Positions 27,855-37,158 of a stretch of 48,395 nucleotides of DNA are shown here, in pieces. Source of the DNA: a virus (Duplodnaviria; Caudoviricetes); the IMG/VR virus record IMGVR_UViG_3300020045_018023, positions 1 through 48,395 of that record; one strand, written 5' to 3'. How positions within the stretch are numbered: position 1 is the stretch's first letter; each line of letters opens with the position of its first letter. The translations under genes were made by a program, and so were the position numbers. The notes under the pieces were generated by a model. It was given only the letters and a program-made list of their open reading frames with translations, was not told the DNA's origin and ran no database searches.

Positions 27855-28437
27855 AGCTGATAAAGGTCGTATTCCAATTGTAGATCCTGATAGGCCAGAG
27901 GCTTGGGGTAGGGATGATTATACTGGTTTGCCGGTAATGCATACTGATCTAATTAAGCAGATGGAATACATAGGAAATGGACTTGCTTGGACCGGATTCA
28001 TGGTTCATTACAAAGACGCAGACCAACCAAATCCACAGAAGATCCCTCCACGTTTGAAGGTAGATCCTGTTCCCATACCTAACCCACGATATTTAACATT
28101 ACCTCAAACACCATTGATTCCCAATAAGGGAGTGAATCCAGTTTCTGGATCTACACTTACAAGTGTGTTGATAACAGGTACAACCTCTACCTCTATCACT
28201 ATTACTTGGGAGTTTGTGCCTAATGTTCAAGCTTATGTTGTGGGTTGGGACAGCATACATGCCAAAGGAGAGACACGTGGAATTATTCCTTTAACGTATA
28301 CCATTACCGGTTTATCACCTGGAAATACCTACAATGTTCAGGTTGCTTCTACTGGTAATAATTCAACATCTTACACCAGTCAATTTACGACGAGCGCTTT
28401 TTCAGCCCCCGTACGTACAACATTACCATATTCATAA
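27847..28437 (+). CDS. Virion protein with C-terminal fibronectin type III domain
   Basis: ITGTTSTSITITW..V.NV..Y.V.W.......TYTITGLSPGNTYNVQVAS is an FN3 consensus; N-terminal D.PNPQ..P....DP.PI.NPR. Confidence 0.8.
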   Translation: MSRADKGRIPIVDPDRPEAWGRDDYTGLPVMHTDLIKQMEYIGNGLAWTGFMVHYKDADQPNPQKIPPRLKVDPVPIPNPRYLTLPQTPLIPNKGVNPVSGSTLTSVLITGTTSTSITITWEFVPNVQAYVVGWDSIHAKGETRGIIPLTYTITGLSPGNTYNVQVASTGNNSTSYTSQFTTSAFSAPVRTTLPYS

Positions 28438-28448
28438 GGAGAATATAA

Positions 28449-30470
28449 ATGGCTTTTGATCCCTCAGTTTCACCACTTCTCACACCAATTAACATTGCTG
28501 ATCAGACAAGTTATGGTTTGCCATATACATCAAATGTAATTGGTAGTTCTACATATAATACAGATGTCATCTGGGGTGGCCCTGGTGGAACATTTCAGAT
28601 TATTACATCTGGTAATTTAGCCGGAATTGCAGCTCTTACATCGCCTGGATTTATAGCAATCAATCTTTCGAATCAAATTATATCAGCTACGGTAACACCA
28701 GGTAATGGTATTGGCGTCAGTCAGGTTGGGGATAATCTTCAAGTTTCAGTTGTTCCAAATACAACTCTTCAATTAGTGAATGGTGAATATAATGGTGTTG
28801 CTGTTGGTTCTCCACGAAATACAATCAATCTTATTGCGGGAACTGGCATTGGTTTAACACTTTCTGATTCTGGTTCATCTCTTGATTGGACTATCAATGG
28901 CTCTACTGGCGCGAGTACAAGCGGTCCTTTTGTTATTACACAAGCAAACTCATCATTAACTGGTGCCACAAACTTAGGAAGTTTAACGACAGGTCTTGTT
29001 TACAGTACTGTTTCAGCTGGTGTTTCAACACTTTCAACAGTTTCTCTTGGAACAATTCCAACGCTTTCTGGCACACAAACATGGACTGGTGTTAATACAT
29101 TTACACAAGCGCCTGTTATGTCAGGTGCAAGTATTCTTCCTGGAACTGTAGCAACAACAGCTATTCCTGGGACAGCAATGACATTGAGTGGCGCACAAAC
29201 AGTGCTTGGTGTTAATACATTCAATACAAAGCAAGTATTTTCAAATTCAATCCAAATTCCACTTGGTGCGGCCACAGGACTAGTATTAGTATCTGATGCC
29301 TCAGGAAATGCTACATGGACCGCTGCCGGCGCAGGAGATGTAACACAAGCTGGTGCTAATGTATTTACAGGTACAAATACCTTTAACACAAATCTACCTA
29401 CCTCTACAAAGACACCAACAACAGCTACTCAATTGATAACTAAGGCTTATGGTGATGGTACATATGCAACCATTTCTGGCAATGCAACTCTTGCTGGTAA
29501 TAATGATTTTACAGGTGCAAATACATTTAATGTTGGTTTGCCTACCTCTACTGTAACACCAACAACAGCTACACAATTGATTACTAAGTCATATGGTGAT
29601 GGTACATATGCAACCATTTCTGGCTCAGTAACTCTTTCAGGTACAAATATCTTTACTGGAATTAATACATTTAATACGAATTTACCAACATCTACTCTTA
29701 CACCAACAACAGCTACGCAATTGATTACAAAAACATATGGTGATACTACATATGCAACGATTGCTGGTGCAGCACTTCTTGCTGGAGCCAATGTATTTAC
29801 GAGCACGAATACATTTAATACGAATTTACCAACATCTACTCTTACACCAACAACAGCTACGCAATTGATTACAAAAACATATGGTGATACTACATATGGT
29901 TCACTAACGGCTATTCAACGATGGACTGCTGTTAATACATTCACTCCACAAGCAGTATTTACAAACTCAATTAATATCCCATTGGGTGCTGTATCTGGAA
30001 ATGTATTAACATCTGATGCCTCAGGAAATGCTACATGGGCTACACCAAAGTTAATTACAAACTTTACGACTTCATCAACTGTATTTTCACAGCAACTTAT
30101 TCCTACAATTTATCCATTATCTCCAAATGTTCAAATGGCGGCTTCAGTTCAGACATTAGATGCTACAACAACAATTTTGGCATCTATTCCTGTAGCACTC
30201 TCTCAAGGAATTACAATTATTGGAACGATTACTGCTGCTAAATCCGATTATACAAATGCGACGGGAGGATGGTTTACATGCACGGCTTATAGAGGAGCTT
30301 CAGGAAATGTCACGATTGCAGACACTTCTTATCAGCTTGTAAATGCTTCCACCACTGCTTTATTTTTACTTGCAGCTAATACTTCTCTTCAAACAATTGA
30401 TATTCAAGTAACAGGAATAGCTGCAACTACTTATAACTGGGTTTGTAATTATAGTTACCAAACAATTTAA
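28449..30470 (+). CDS. Tail fibre protein
   Basis: T/G/S/A-rich; QTWTG.NTF motifs, paired VL.SDASGNATW knobs and internal 48-aa repeats. Confidence 0.8.
   Translation: MAFDPSVSPLLTPINIADQTSYGLPYTSNVIGSSTYNTDVIWGGPGGTFQIITSGNLAGIAALTSPGFIAINLSNQIISATVTPGNGIGVSQVGDNLQVSVVPNTTLQLVNGEYNGVAVGSPRNTINLIAGTGIGLTLSDSGSSLDWTINGSTGASTSGPFVITQANSSLTGATNLGSLTTGLVYSTVSAGVSTLSTVSLGTIPTLSGTQTWTGVNTFTQAPVMSGASILPGTVATTAIPGTAMTLSGAQTVLGVNTFNTKQVFSNSIQIPLGAATGLVLVSDASGNATWTAAGAGDVTQAGANVFTGTNTFNTNLPTSTKTPTTATQLITKAYGDGTYATISGNATLAGNNDFTGANTFNVGLPTSTVTPTTATQLITKSYGDGTYATISGSVTLSGTNIFTGINTFNTNLPTSTLTPTTATQLITKTYGDTTYATIAGAALLAGANVFTSTNTFNTNLPTSTLTPTTATQLITKTYGDTTYGSLTAIQRWTAVNTFTPQAVFTNSINIPLGAVSGNVLTSDASGNATWATPKLITNFTTSSTVFSQQLIPTIYPLSPNVQMAASVQTLDATTTILASIPVALSQGITIIGTITAAKSDYTNATGGWFTCTAYRGASGNVTIADTSYQLVNASTTALFLLAANTSLQTIDIQVTGIAATTYNWVCNYSYQTI
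29350..29900 (+). repeat. Four 144-bp (48-aa) repeats in the tail fibre
   Basis: N.FT..NTFN..LPTST.TPTTATQLITK.YGD.TY x4; identical DNA blocks at 29664 and 29808. Confidence 0.9.
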
Positions 30471-30495
30471 ATAATTTAAATAAAGGATAAATAAA

Positions 30496-31365
30496 ATGAC
30501 ACAAATCAATGTAACACCAATTAATATTGGTAATATAAAAGCGATAACCCAAGGCATAAATGCTGTAGCTATTGGTAATAATGCAGGAGTCACAACCCAA
30601 GGCATAAATGCTGTAGCTATTGGTAATAATGCAGGTAATCTAGCACAAGGTACACTTTCTGTTGCTGTTGGCCAAATTGCTGGCCGAAATAATCAAGGAG
30701 CAGGTGCTGTAGCTTTAGGTAATAATGCAGGTAATACAAGCCAGGCAGGAGGTGCTGTAGCTTTAGGTCAGAATGCAGGAGCTACAAGCCAGTCTACTAG
30801 TGCCGTAGCTATTGGTCTAAATGCAGGTACTACAGGACAAAGTACATTTGCTGTTGCTATTGGTCAAGCTGCTGGCCGAAATAACCAAGGTGTAAATGCA
30901 ATTGCAATTGGTAACTCAGCTGCTACTACTTCTTCTGTAGCTAATTCAATCTGTATTGATGCCACAGGAACAGGTTTACTTAATCCCGCCGCTGCCGGTT
31001 TATTCATTACTCCCATTCGGCAAACAACAGGTACAACTCCAGTCGTTCTTTCATATGATACAACAAGCAAAGAGATTATTGCGGCATCATCAACAACAAT
31101 TACACCAACACTTGTCAGCTCTTCAACAAGTGGAACAGTTAATTATGTACAAGTAGGTCAATCTACGTATATGAAAAAAGTTTTTGCATATTGTGCAGCT
31201 GCTGTAGGTACAGCAAGTTATACATTCCCATTACCTTTTACAAATACCCCTGTTGTTATGACTACAAATGGATTGGCGTCAACGGTTGTTACAGCTCTTA
31301 GCACAACAGCTATGACAATAACAGGTGCAACAAGTACGGGATTTATTATTGTAGAAGGTTTTTAG
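30496..31365 (+). CDS. Fibre/adhesin with YadA-head-like 14-aa repeats
   Basis: About nine QG.NAVAIG.NAG-type repeats (beta-roll). Confidence 0.75.
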   Translation: MTQINVTPINIGNIKAITQGINAVAIGNNAGVTTQGINAVAIGNNAGNLAQGTLSVAVGQIAGRNNQGAGAVALGNNAGNTSQAGGAVALGQNAGATSQSTSAVAIGLNAGTTGQSTFAVAIGQAAGRNNQGVNAIAIGNSAATTSSVANSICIDATGTGLLNPAAAGLFITPIRQTTGTTPVVLSYDTTSKEIIAASSTTITPTLVSSSTSGTVNYVQVGQSTYMKKVFAYCAAAVGTASYTFPLPFTNTPVVMTTNGLASTVVTALSTTAMTITGATSTGFIIVEGF

Positions 31366-31368
31366 ACA

Positions 31369-32118
31369 ATGGCAAATGAATATACACAATCTTTCTCATA
31401 TTCAGCGGCAAGTACCGGACCTACAGGTATTCAATATTTTGCTTTGAATGCATCTACTCCACCTACGGGATCTGTGTATATTCTCAAGTCATGTTATGTT
31501 AGTTGCCCTACTGGTTTTACATCAGTAGCAAGCACAACTCCAGCAGTACTTTGTTATACTTCAGATGATAATATAGGAACGAATCAGAAGATATTTTCAT
31601 CTTACAACCCAGGAACAATATCATCTGCTCTTGAAATATTTACAGCTTTAGAAGCAACATCTTCTGCTGCACAACTTATTTCTACGCAAGAATATATAGG
31701 TATAAATGTAAATTTTACAAATGCATTATCTACATTTTATGTTGTTGTTACTTATATTGTCATTCCTGGTGGAAATGTGGTTGCAGGTACATTTCTAGCA
31801 GCGACAGGAACAATTGGTGTTGGAATTGGTAATATTGTAAATGTTAGTTCAACAAATGTACGTTTTCTTAAATCGATTCATTTTGTTAATAACATTACCA
31901 ATACATCCACTTTTACGATTCAAATGTGTGCATTGAATCAAGCTGGAACAACTATTGAAGGATATTTGAACTTCAATCAAGCAATTACAGGATTTCAAAC
32001 GGCTACATTTTCATCTCCCTTTTATATGGCACCTAATTCCCTTGTCTGTCCTGGATATTCTATAACGTCATCAGGTGGTGGAACACTTAGCTATTATTGC
32101 TCATATTGTCAGGTTTAA
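31369..32118 (+). CDS. Putative tail/virion protein
   Basis: S/T-rich beta protein; two halves each with an (I/F)LKS..(F)V motif; within the tail module. Confidence 0.65.
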   Translation: MANEYTQSFSYSAASTGPTGIQYFALNASTPPTGSVYILKSCYVSCPTGFTSVASTTPAVLCYTSDDNIGTNQKIFSSYNPGTISSALEIFTALEATSSAAQLISTQEYIGINVNFTNALSTFYVVVTYIVIPGGNVVAGTFLAATGTIGVGIGNIVNVSSTNVRFLKSIHFVNNITNTSTFTIQMCALNQAGTTIEGYLNFNQAITGFQTATFSSPFYMAPNSLVCPGYSITSSGGGTLSYYCSYCQV

Positions 32119-32121
32119 TTT

Positions 32122-32763
32122 ATGGATAATGTAAATACATATAATGGTCTTGTACAAGCCATTCAACAATGGACAAATAGAAATGATCAAGTTTTTATTG
32201 CTAATATTCCTTTATTTATATCTTTGGCCGAACAGCAATTTTTTATCGATTGTTCAACGCTTGGTAATGAGTTTTATGTAACAAGTTTATTTTCTGCAAA
32301 TAATGAATCATTCCCAAAACCTGTAAATTGGGGAGAAACACTTACCTTTTCATATATAGGTCCAGAAGGAAATATTGTTGTTTTAAAAAGGGTTAGCTAT
32401 GAATTTATTAGAACTTATTCTCCTGCTAATAATATATCCACAAATATGCCTATTCCTCGTTATTACAGTGACTACGGGTATGATTATTTTATTATCTCAC
32501 CTACTCCAACGGTAGCATACCCAGTAGAAATAGCTTATTTCGGCAAGATTGAGCCATTAACAATAGTCAATCAAACAAATTGGATTACACAAAATGCATA
32601 TGATGCTTTGTTTTGGGCATGCCTCGATAAAGCTTATAATTTTATTGATAATTCGGCAGATGCTACAATTTATGCAGGTAAATATCAAGAACGTATAAAA
32701 GCAATTATTACATATAACAAGGGTCGTAAATATGACCGTACCGTTGATACGATGAAGGATTAA
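32122..32763 (+). CDS. Tail adaptor protein (P22 gp4/T7 gp11-like position)
   Basis: TY..LV.AI..W..R.D......IP.FI.LAE, P.YY, PTP...Y..EI.Y, TNW.T.NA.DAL..A.L..A..F. Confidence 0.75.
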   Translation: MDNVNTYNGLVQAIQQWTNRNDQVFIANIPLFISLAEQQFFIDCSTLGNEFYVTSLFSANNESFPKPVNWGETLTFSYIGPEGNIVVLKRVSYEFIRTYSPANNISTNMPIPRYYSDYGYDYFIISPTPTVAYPVEIAYFGKIEPLTIVNQTNWITQNAYDALFWACLDKAYNFIDNSADATIYAGKYQERIKAIITYNKGRKYDRTVDTMKD

Positions 32764-32765
32764 TT

Positions 32766-34289
32766 ATGGCATTCACTGGTTTTATTAATGAATTTTCAAA
32801 TTCACCCATACAACCTACTTTTCAATCCTATCTTACTTTAGATTTTTCAAGTATTACAGCTGTAAATCTTGAATGGCCTTATGTTAATTTAAGTGCTACA
32901 TACCCATATGCACAAACAATTCAAGTAACTATAAATACAGTTGATACTAATTATATTTCGATGCCTGATGCAACAAAAGCAACTCAAGGACAGACGAATA
33001 CGATTATTAATAGTGGCGCTGAAACGATACTTATTAAAGATTTTGTAGGAAATATTATTGCAACAATTCTTGCTGGACAAGAATGGCTTATTACATTAAC
33101 AAGCAATACAACATCAACAGGAACATGGATTGCATTACAGCTTGCTTCAACTACATCTTCAGCAAATGCAGCTTCATTAATTGATCCAACAACAGATGCA
33201 AATGGTAATTCAAATGCAGGTGGTTTAGGAGCTTTTCCAGCAAATTACCTTAAAGAGAATGTAAAGGTTAATACATATAGTGTTGGTTCTGCATATGTTC
33301 AATCTACAGGAGATCGCGGCTCTGTTCTTGTATGGTCATCAGGAACAGGATCATACACTCTTCAATCTTCGGCATTATCAGGAAATGGATATATCTTTAC
33401 GATATTTAATAATTCCACAACAGGCGGCCAAATAACGGTTACTCCAGCTAGTGGAGATACGATTAATAACAGTACTTTACCATTTGTATTGAGCCCTGGT
33501 AATTCAAGTTCGTTTGTGGCAAATGGTGTTAATACTATTTACTCGTTTGCATCCTCTCAGTCACAAACAAATATTGTTAATCTTGTTGATATAGATTTAA
33601 CAACTGCTGTTGGAAATTCGATTACACTTACGCAAGCTCAAGCTGATTTTTCAATTCAAAAATATGTTAACAACCCTAGTGCATCTGTAATTGCTATTAT
33701 TTATCCTGCCAATATTGTGAATGAATGGGTAGTTTTTAATGCTTCAACAACTAATCCTATTAATGTTTCTTTGCCCTCTGGTCCTACATATCTTATTCAA
33801 CCAGGAAATCGATTATTCTTTTTTTCTGATGGAAGTAGTTTGTATAATGTACCTAATTTTCTCGAAAATTCTGTAATCTATCTTGCTGATGGAAACGATT
33901 CTGAACCTTCACTTACGTTCTCCAATGATACATCTACCGGATTATTTAGAGAATCAAGTGGAATATATAATGGTGCATTAGCAGTAACTCAAAACGCAAC
34001 TGTTACAACATATTTTGAAGGAGCTGTAACTACCTCTGCTGTTCCTTTATCTTTATCAGATGGAATATTAGCAGAACCTTCAATTTTTTTCACAAATTCT
34101 ACAAATTCAGGCATTTATCGCACAATAACAGGCACATATACAGGTGCTGTTACAATTGCAGGATCTGGAATAAATACTTTTTATTTTATGAGTACAGGAA
34201 ATACAAGTAATGGAAATTTAAATGTAATAGGTGGACAGTATTTACAATATGGCATTCCTATAACAACATTGGTACAAGCATATGGCTAG
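32766..34289 (+). CDS. Tail protein
   Basis: F..F...PIQP, MPDA.....G...II.N.G, repeated DG...PS..F.N.T..G..R motifs. Confidence 0.7.
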   Translation: MAFTGFINEFSNSPIQPTFQSYLTLDFSSITAVNLEWPYVNLSATYPYAQTIQVTINTVDTNYISMPDATKATQGQTNTIINSGAETILIKDFVGNIIATILAGQEWLITLTSNTTSTGTWIALQLASTTSSANAASLIDPTTDANGNSNAGGLGAFPANYLKENVKVNTYSVGSAYVQSTGDRGSVLVWSSGTGSYTLQSSALSGNGYIFTIFNNSTTGGQITVTPASGDTINNSTLPFVLSPGNSSSFVANGVNTIYSFASSQSQTNIVNLVDIDLTTAVGNSITLTQAQADFSIQKYVNNPSASVIAIIYPANIVNEWVVFNASTTNPINVSLPSGPTYLIQPGNRLFFFSDGSSLYNVPNFLENSVIYLADGNDSEPSLTFSNDTSTGLFRESSGIYNGALAVTQNATVTTYFEGAVTTSAVPLSLSDGILAEPSIFFTNSTNSGIYRTITGTYTGAVTIAGSGINTFYFMSTGNTSNGNLNVIGGQYLQYGIPITTLVQAYG

Positions 34290-35811
34290 TACAACCTTTA
34301 TAGAAATAAAACCAAAAGATGGCATTCAACGTGATGGAACTTCAGTTGATTCTTTACAATATATAGATGGTCAATGGGTTCGTTTTTATAAGAATCGTGC
34401 TTTGAAAATGGGTGGTTATAAAGTTATATCACTTGGTTCAAGTTCAGCTATTACTAATTTATATAGTTTTGATTCATTGAATTCAATTCTACTTTATTAT
34501 TGCCAAGCAAATAAACTATCTGTTTCTAATGTGTATACTGATTTATCAACAACAGTTCCAATTGATCGCACGCCTGACGGATTTGTGTATAACCCAAATA
34601 ATACATGGTCTATTGCGACGGTTGCTTACACTGTTTCTGGTGTTATCACAGATTACATTATTGCAACAGCTTGCCCAAATGGTTCTGACATTGGAAATGA
34701 TGTACCTGGCATTGTTTATTACGGTCAAATGGAAGATACAAGCCTTTTAACTCCATTATTAAGTTTCACAACAACCGGCGGAGTTGTGGTTCTAGGTTCA
34801 TATATTATGCTCTATGGAGATAATGGAGGTGTTTTCTTCAATGATGGTGCAGATATAAACACATTCCCAGATGTAAATTTTATACAATTTGGTTCATCTA
34901 AGATCGTTTATGCGGCTCCTGTACGTCAAAATGGTGTTGTTACAGGTCTTTTTTGGGCACTTGATTATGTATTTAGTTTAACATTTAATGCATCTAGTCA
35001 AGGTAATGAAACATTCACACCAGCTTATGTATCTACCAGTAGTACAATTTTATCAGCTGGGAGCGTGGTTACATTTGATCCACTTTTTTATTGGATTGGT
35101 ATAAATAATTTTTATGTATTTAATGGAGCTGTTAACCCTCTTGCCAATGAAACAAATAAATTATGGTTTTTTGAAAATTTAAATATTAATTATAAAGAAT
35201 TAGTTACAGGATTTTATAATAAGAAGTATAATGAAGTATGTTGGTTAGCTCCAATGTTTGGATCAACAGTAAATAACTGGATGATTATATATAATGTTGA
35301 AACTGGTGCTTGGTATGATACTCCCCTTACACGATCCTGCGCTGTTTCTTCTTCTTCACAGATGCAATATCCAATTATGGCAAGTTCATCTTTGGAAAAT
35401 ATCAATGGAAGTTATTCATTCCCAATTTGGGCACATGAATTTGGCGTTAACAAAGTTGACCCAATACAAACAACTGCAATTGTTTCATCATTTACAACAA
35501 GTAAATTTTGGACAATTGATAATAATCCGGAGGCACAGGTGTTAATTTTGGATGCTATCATACCTGATGTACAACAAGTGAATGATATGTTTTTCACGGT
35601 AGGTACACAAGGTTATCCGAATTCTCCCGTTGTAACTTCAAATACATTTGTAATGACTCCAACGACTGAATTCTTAACAGTTCGAGTAAAAGGTTCAATT
35701 ATGAATTTAACATTTACATCTAATGTAGTTGATGGAAATTATTTGTTTGGTAAGACAATGATTCGCTTAATTGTAAGTGATGATCAGCGACCGGGACCGA
35801 GTACAACATAA
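34282..35811 (+). CDS. Tail nozzle/packaged-DNA stabilisation protein (P22 gp10-like)
   Basis: GIQRDGT..D...Y.DGQWVRF....K.GG, YWIG.NNFYVFNG.V, N.KYNEV.W..P, IYNV....WY...L.R, HE.G.N, IIPD. Confidence 0.8.
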   Translation: MASTTFIEIKPKDGIQRDGTSVDSLQYIDGQWVRFYKNRALKMGGYKVISLGSSSAITNLYSFDSLNSILLYYCQANKLSVSNVYTDLSTTVPIDRTPDGFVYNPNNTWSIATVAYTVSGVITDYIIATACPNGSDIGNDVPGIVYYGQMEDTSLLTPLLSFTTTGGVVVLGSYIMLYGDNGGVFFNDGADINTFPDVNFIQFGSSKIVYAAPVRQNGVVTGLFWALDYVFSLTFNASSQGNETFTPAYVSTSSTILSAGSVVTFDPLFYWIGINNFYVFNGAVNPLANETNKLWFFENLNINYKELVTGFYNKKYNEVCWLAPMFGSTVNNWMIIYNVETGAWYDTPLTRSCAVSSSSQMQYPIMASSSLENINGSYSFPIWAHEFGVNKVDPIQTTAIVSSFTTSKFWTIDNNPEAQVLILDAIIPDVQQVNDMFFTVGTQGYPNSPVVTSNTFVMTPTTEFLTVRVKGSIMNLTFTSNVVDGNYLFGKTMIRLIVSDDQRPGPSTT

Positions 35812-36062
35812 TGAAATCAATAGTCCTGCCTACACATGAAACATTTCAGGAATGGTTTATGGATCTAAATAGATCCTTTCCAGGTCTGATTGTACCTACA
35901 CCACTTCCTGATATGACGTGGTGGCATTCTGCGATGCAACTTATTTCCTTCAATGGAAAACTTCTAAGCCATGTTGTCCTCCCTCAAAAGTCATCCTTTC
36001 CAAAAGAAAATGATTGGAAGAGATGGGCAATGATGTTCATACAATCGATAAATGATAATTAA
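35811..36062 (+). CDS. Small Trp-rich tail-associated protein
   Basis: F.EW.......P......W..A...P....F....DW..WA; TAATG-coupled to the nozzle gene. Confidence 0.7.
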   Translation: MKSIVLPTHETFQEWFMDLNRSFPGLIVPTPLPDMTWWHSAMQLISFNGKLLSHVVLPQKSSFPKENDWKRWAMMFIQSINDN

Positions 36063-36080
36063 ATTAAATAGGAAATACCC

Positions 36081-37103
36081 ATGAGAAAACATACTAATGA
36101 AGACGAATTTGATTTTGCTCACTTTAATCCAAAAGAACTTGAAATCTTAGATGAAACACAAGGTGGCCGTACAAATATGCATAAAACTCCTATTCGTCGC
36201 TTTGATCGTCTAGAGCAATTAATGAGCGATCCTAAGATGGAAAGATTGCTTATGAAAGAATATGAACACCACGCAAAAGGTGGTCGTATTGGTGAGATGT
36301 TGAGAGAAGCAGATCACATGCGTCAAAAAGGCCGTAAAGGAGATATTGATGTAGCTGTTATTGGACCAAACACGAGACGTATTTTTAATAAATTAATGCA
36401 TGGTGGGTCTGTTAATCCTGGAACTGGTAAGCCTGAATACTTCAATCTTGGTGGTATGATGAAAGGTATTGGTCATACAATTAGTAGAGGCGTTGGTGGA
36501 TTAGGAAAAATGGCAGGAAAAGCTGGAAACATGCTTATGAGTGCTGCTCCTGGCGCTATTATGGGTGGACTTGAAGGTGGTCCAGCAGGCGCAATGGCTG
36601 GTGGTATGGATTCTCTTGCTATGAATTCAATGGCTGGTGGTGGTGGACATCAAGAAGGAAGTTCACAACAACAACAACCACCTCAAAGTTTAGGTCAAAT
36701 GGGTCAACAGTTTTTGAATAGTAATATGGGACAACAAGCTCAACAGCATGGCCAAAATATGTTTAATCAAGCTAATACATCATATCAAAATGCAATAAAT
36801 AATACACCATTGGGTCGTGCTGCTGCTGGAGCCTATCAAGGATATACAGGACAACAAGCACCTCAATCATTAGGTCAGGCTGGTAACCAAGCTATGAACT
36901 CACAATATGGCCAACAAGCACAAAAGCAAGGTCAAAATATGTATAACCGTGCCAATAATACATACCAAAATGCAAATCAACAATCACAAGGTATGATGAA
37001 TAGCAATATGGGACGTGCTGCCCAGGGTGCTTATCAAGGTTATAATGGTGGAGGACAGCAATACGGTGATGAAAACCAAGGTTATACTGAAAATCAAAGT
37101 TAA
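36081..37103 (+). CDS. Putative internal/ejection protein with glycine zipper and Q/N-rich tail
   Basis: GRKGD...A.I.P....L..GGSVNP.TG.PEYF domain, Gly-zipper GAIMGGLEGGPAGAMAGG, Q/N/G-rich C-terminus. Confidence 0.65.
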   Translation: MRKHTNEDEFDFAHFNPKELEILDETQGGRTNMHKTPIRRFDRLEQLMSDPKMERLLMKEYEHHAKGGRIGEMLREADHMRQKGRKGDIDVAVIGPNTRRIFNKLMHGGSVNPGTGKPEYFNLGGMMKGIGHTISRGVGGLGKMAGKAGNMLMSAAPGAIMGGLEGGPAGAMAGGMDSLAMNSMAGGGGHQEGSSQQQQPPQSLGQMGQQFLNSNMGQQAQQHGQNMFNQANTSYQNAINNTPLGRAAAGAYQGYTGQQAPQSLGQAGNQAMNSQYGQQAQKQGQNMYNRANNTYQNANQQSQGMMNSNMGRAAQGAYQGYNGGGQQYGDENQGYTENQS

Positions 37104-37158
37104 TAAAAATAGTTAATAATTAACTATAATATACACCAACTTTAATGGATGATTTACA

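Noticed and set aside
28769-31156. Antisense and alternate-frame ORFs within fibre genes (and similar shadows in terL, portal, parA, groEL, rep)
   Set aside because: They lie wholly within well-supported genes and reflect codon bias or repeats; no SD or recognisable motifs.
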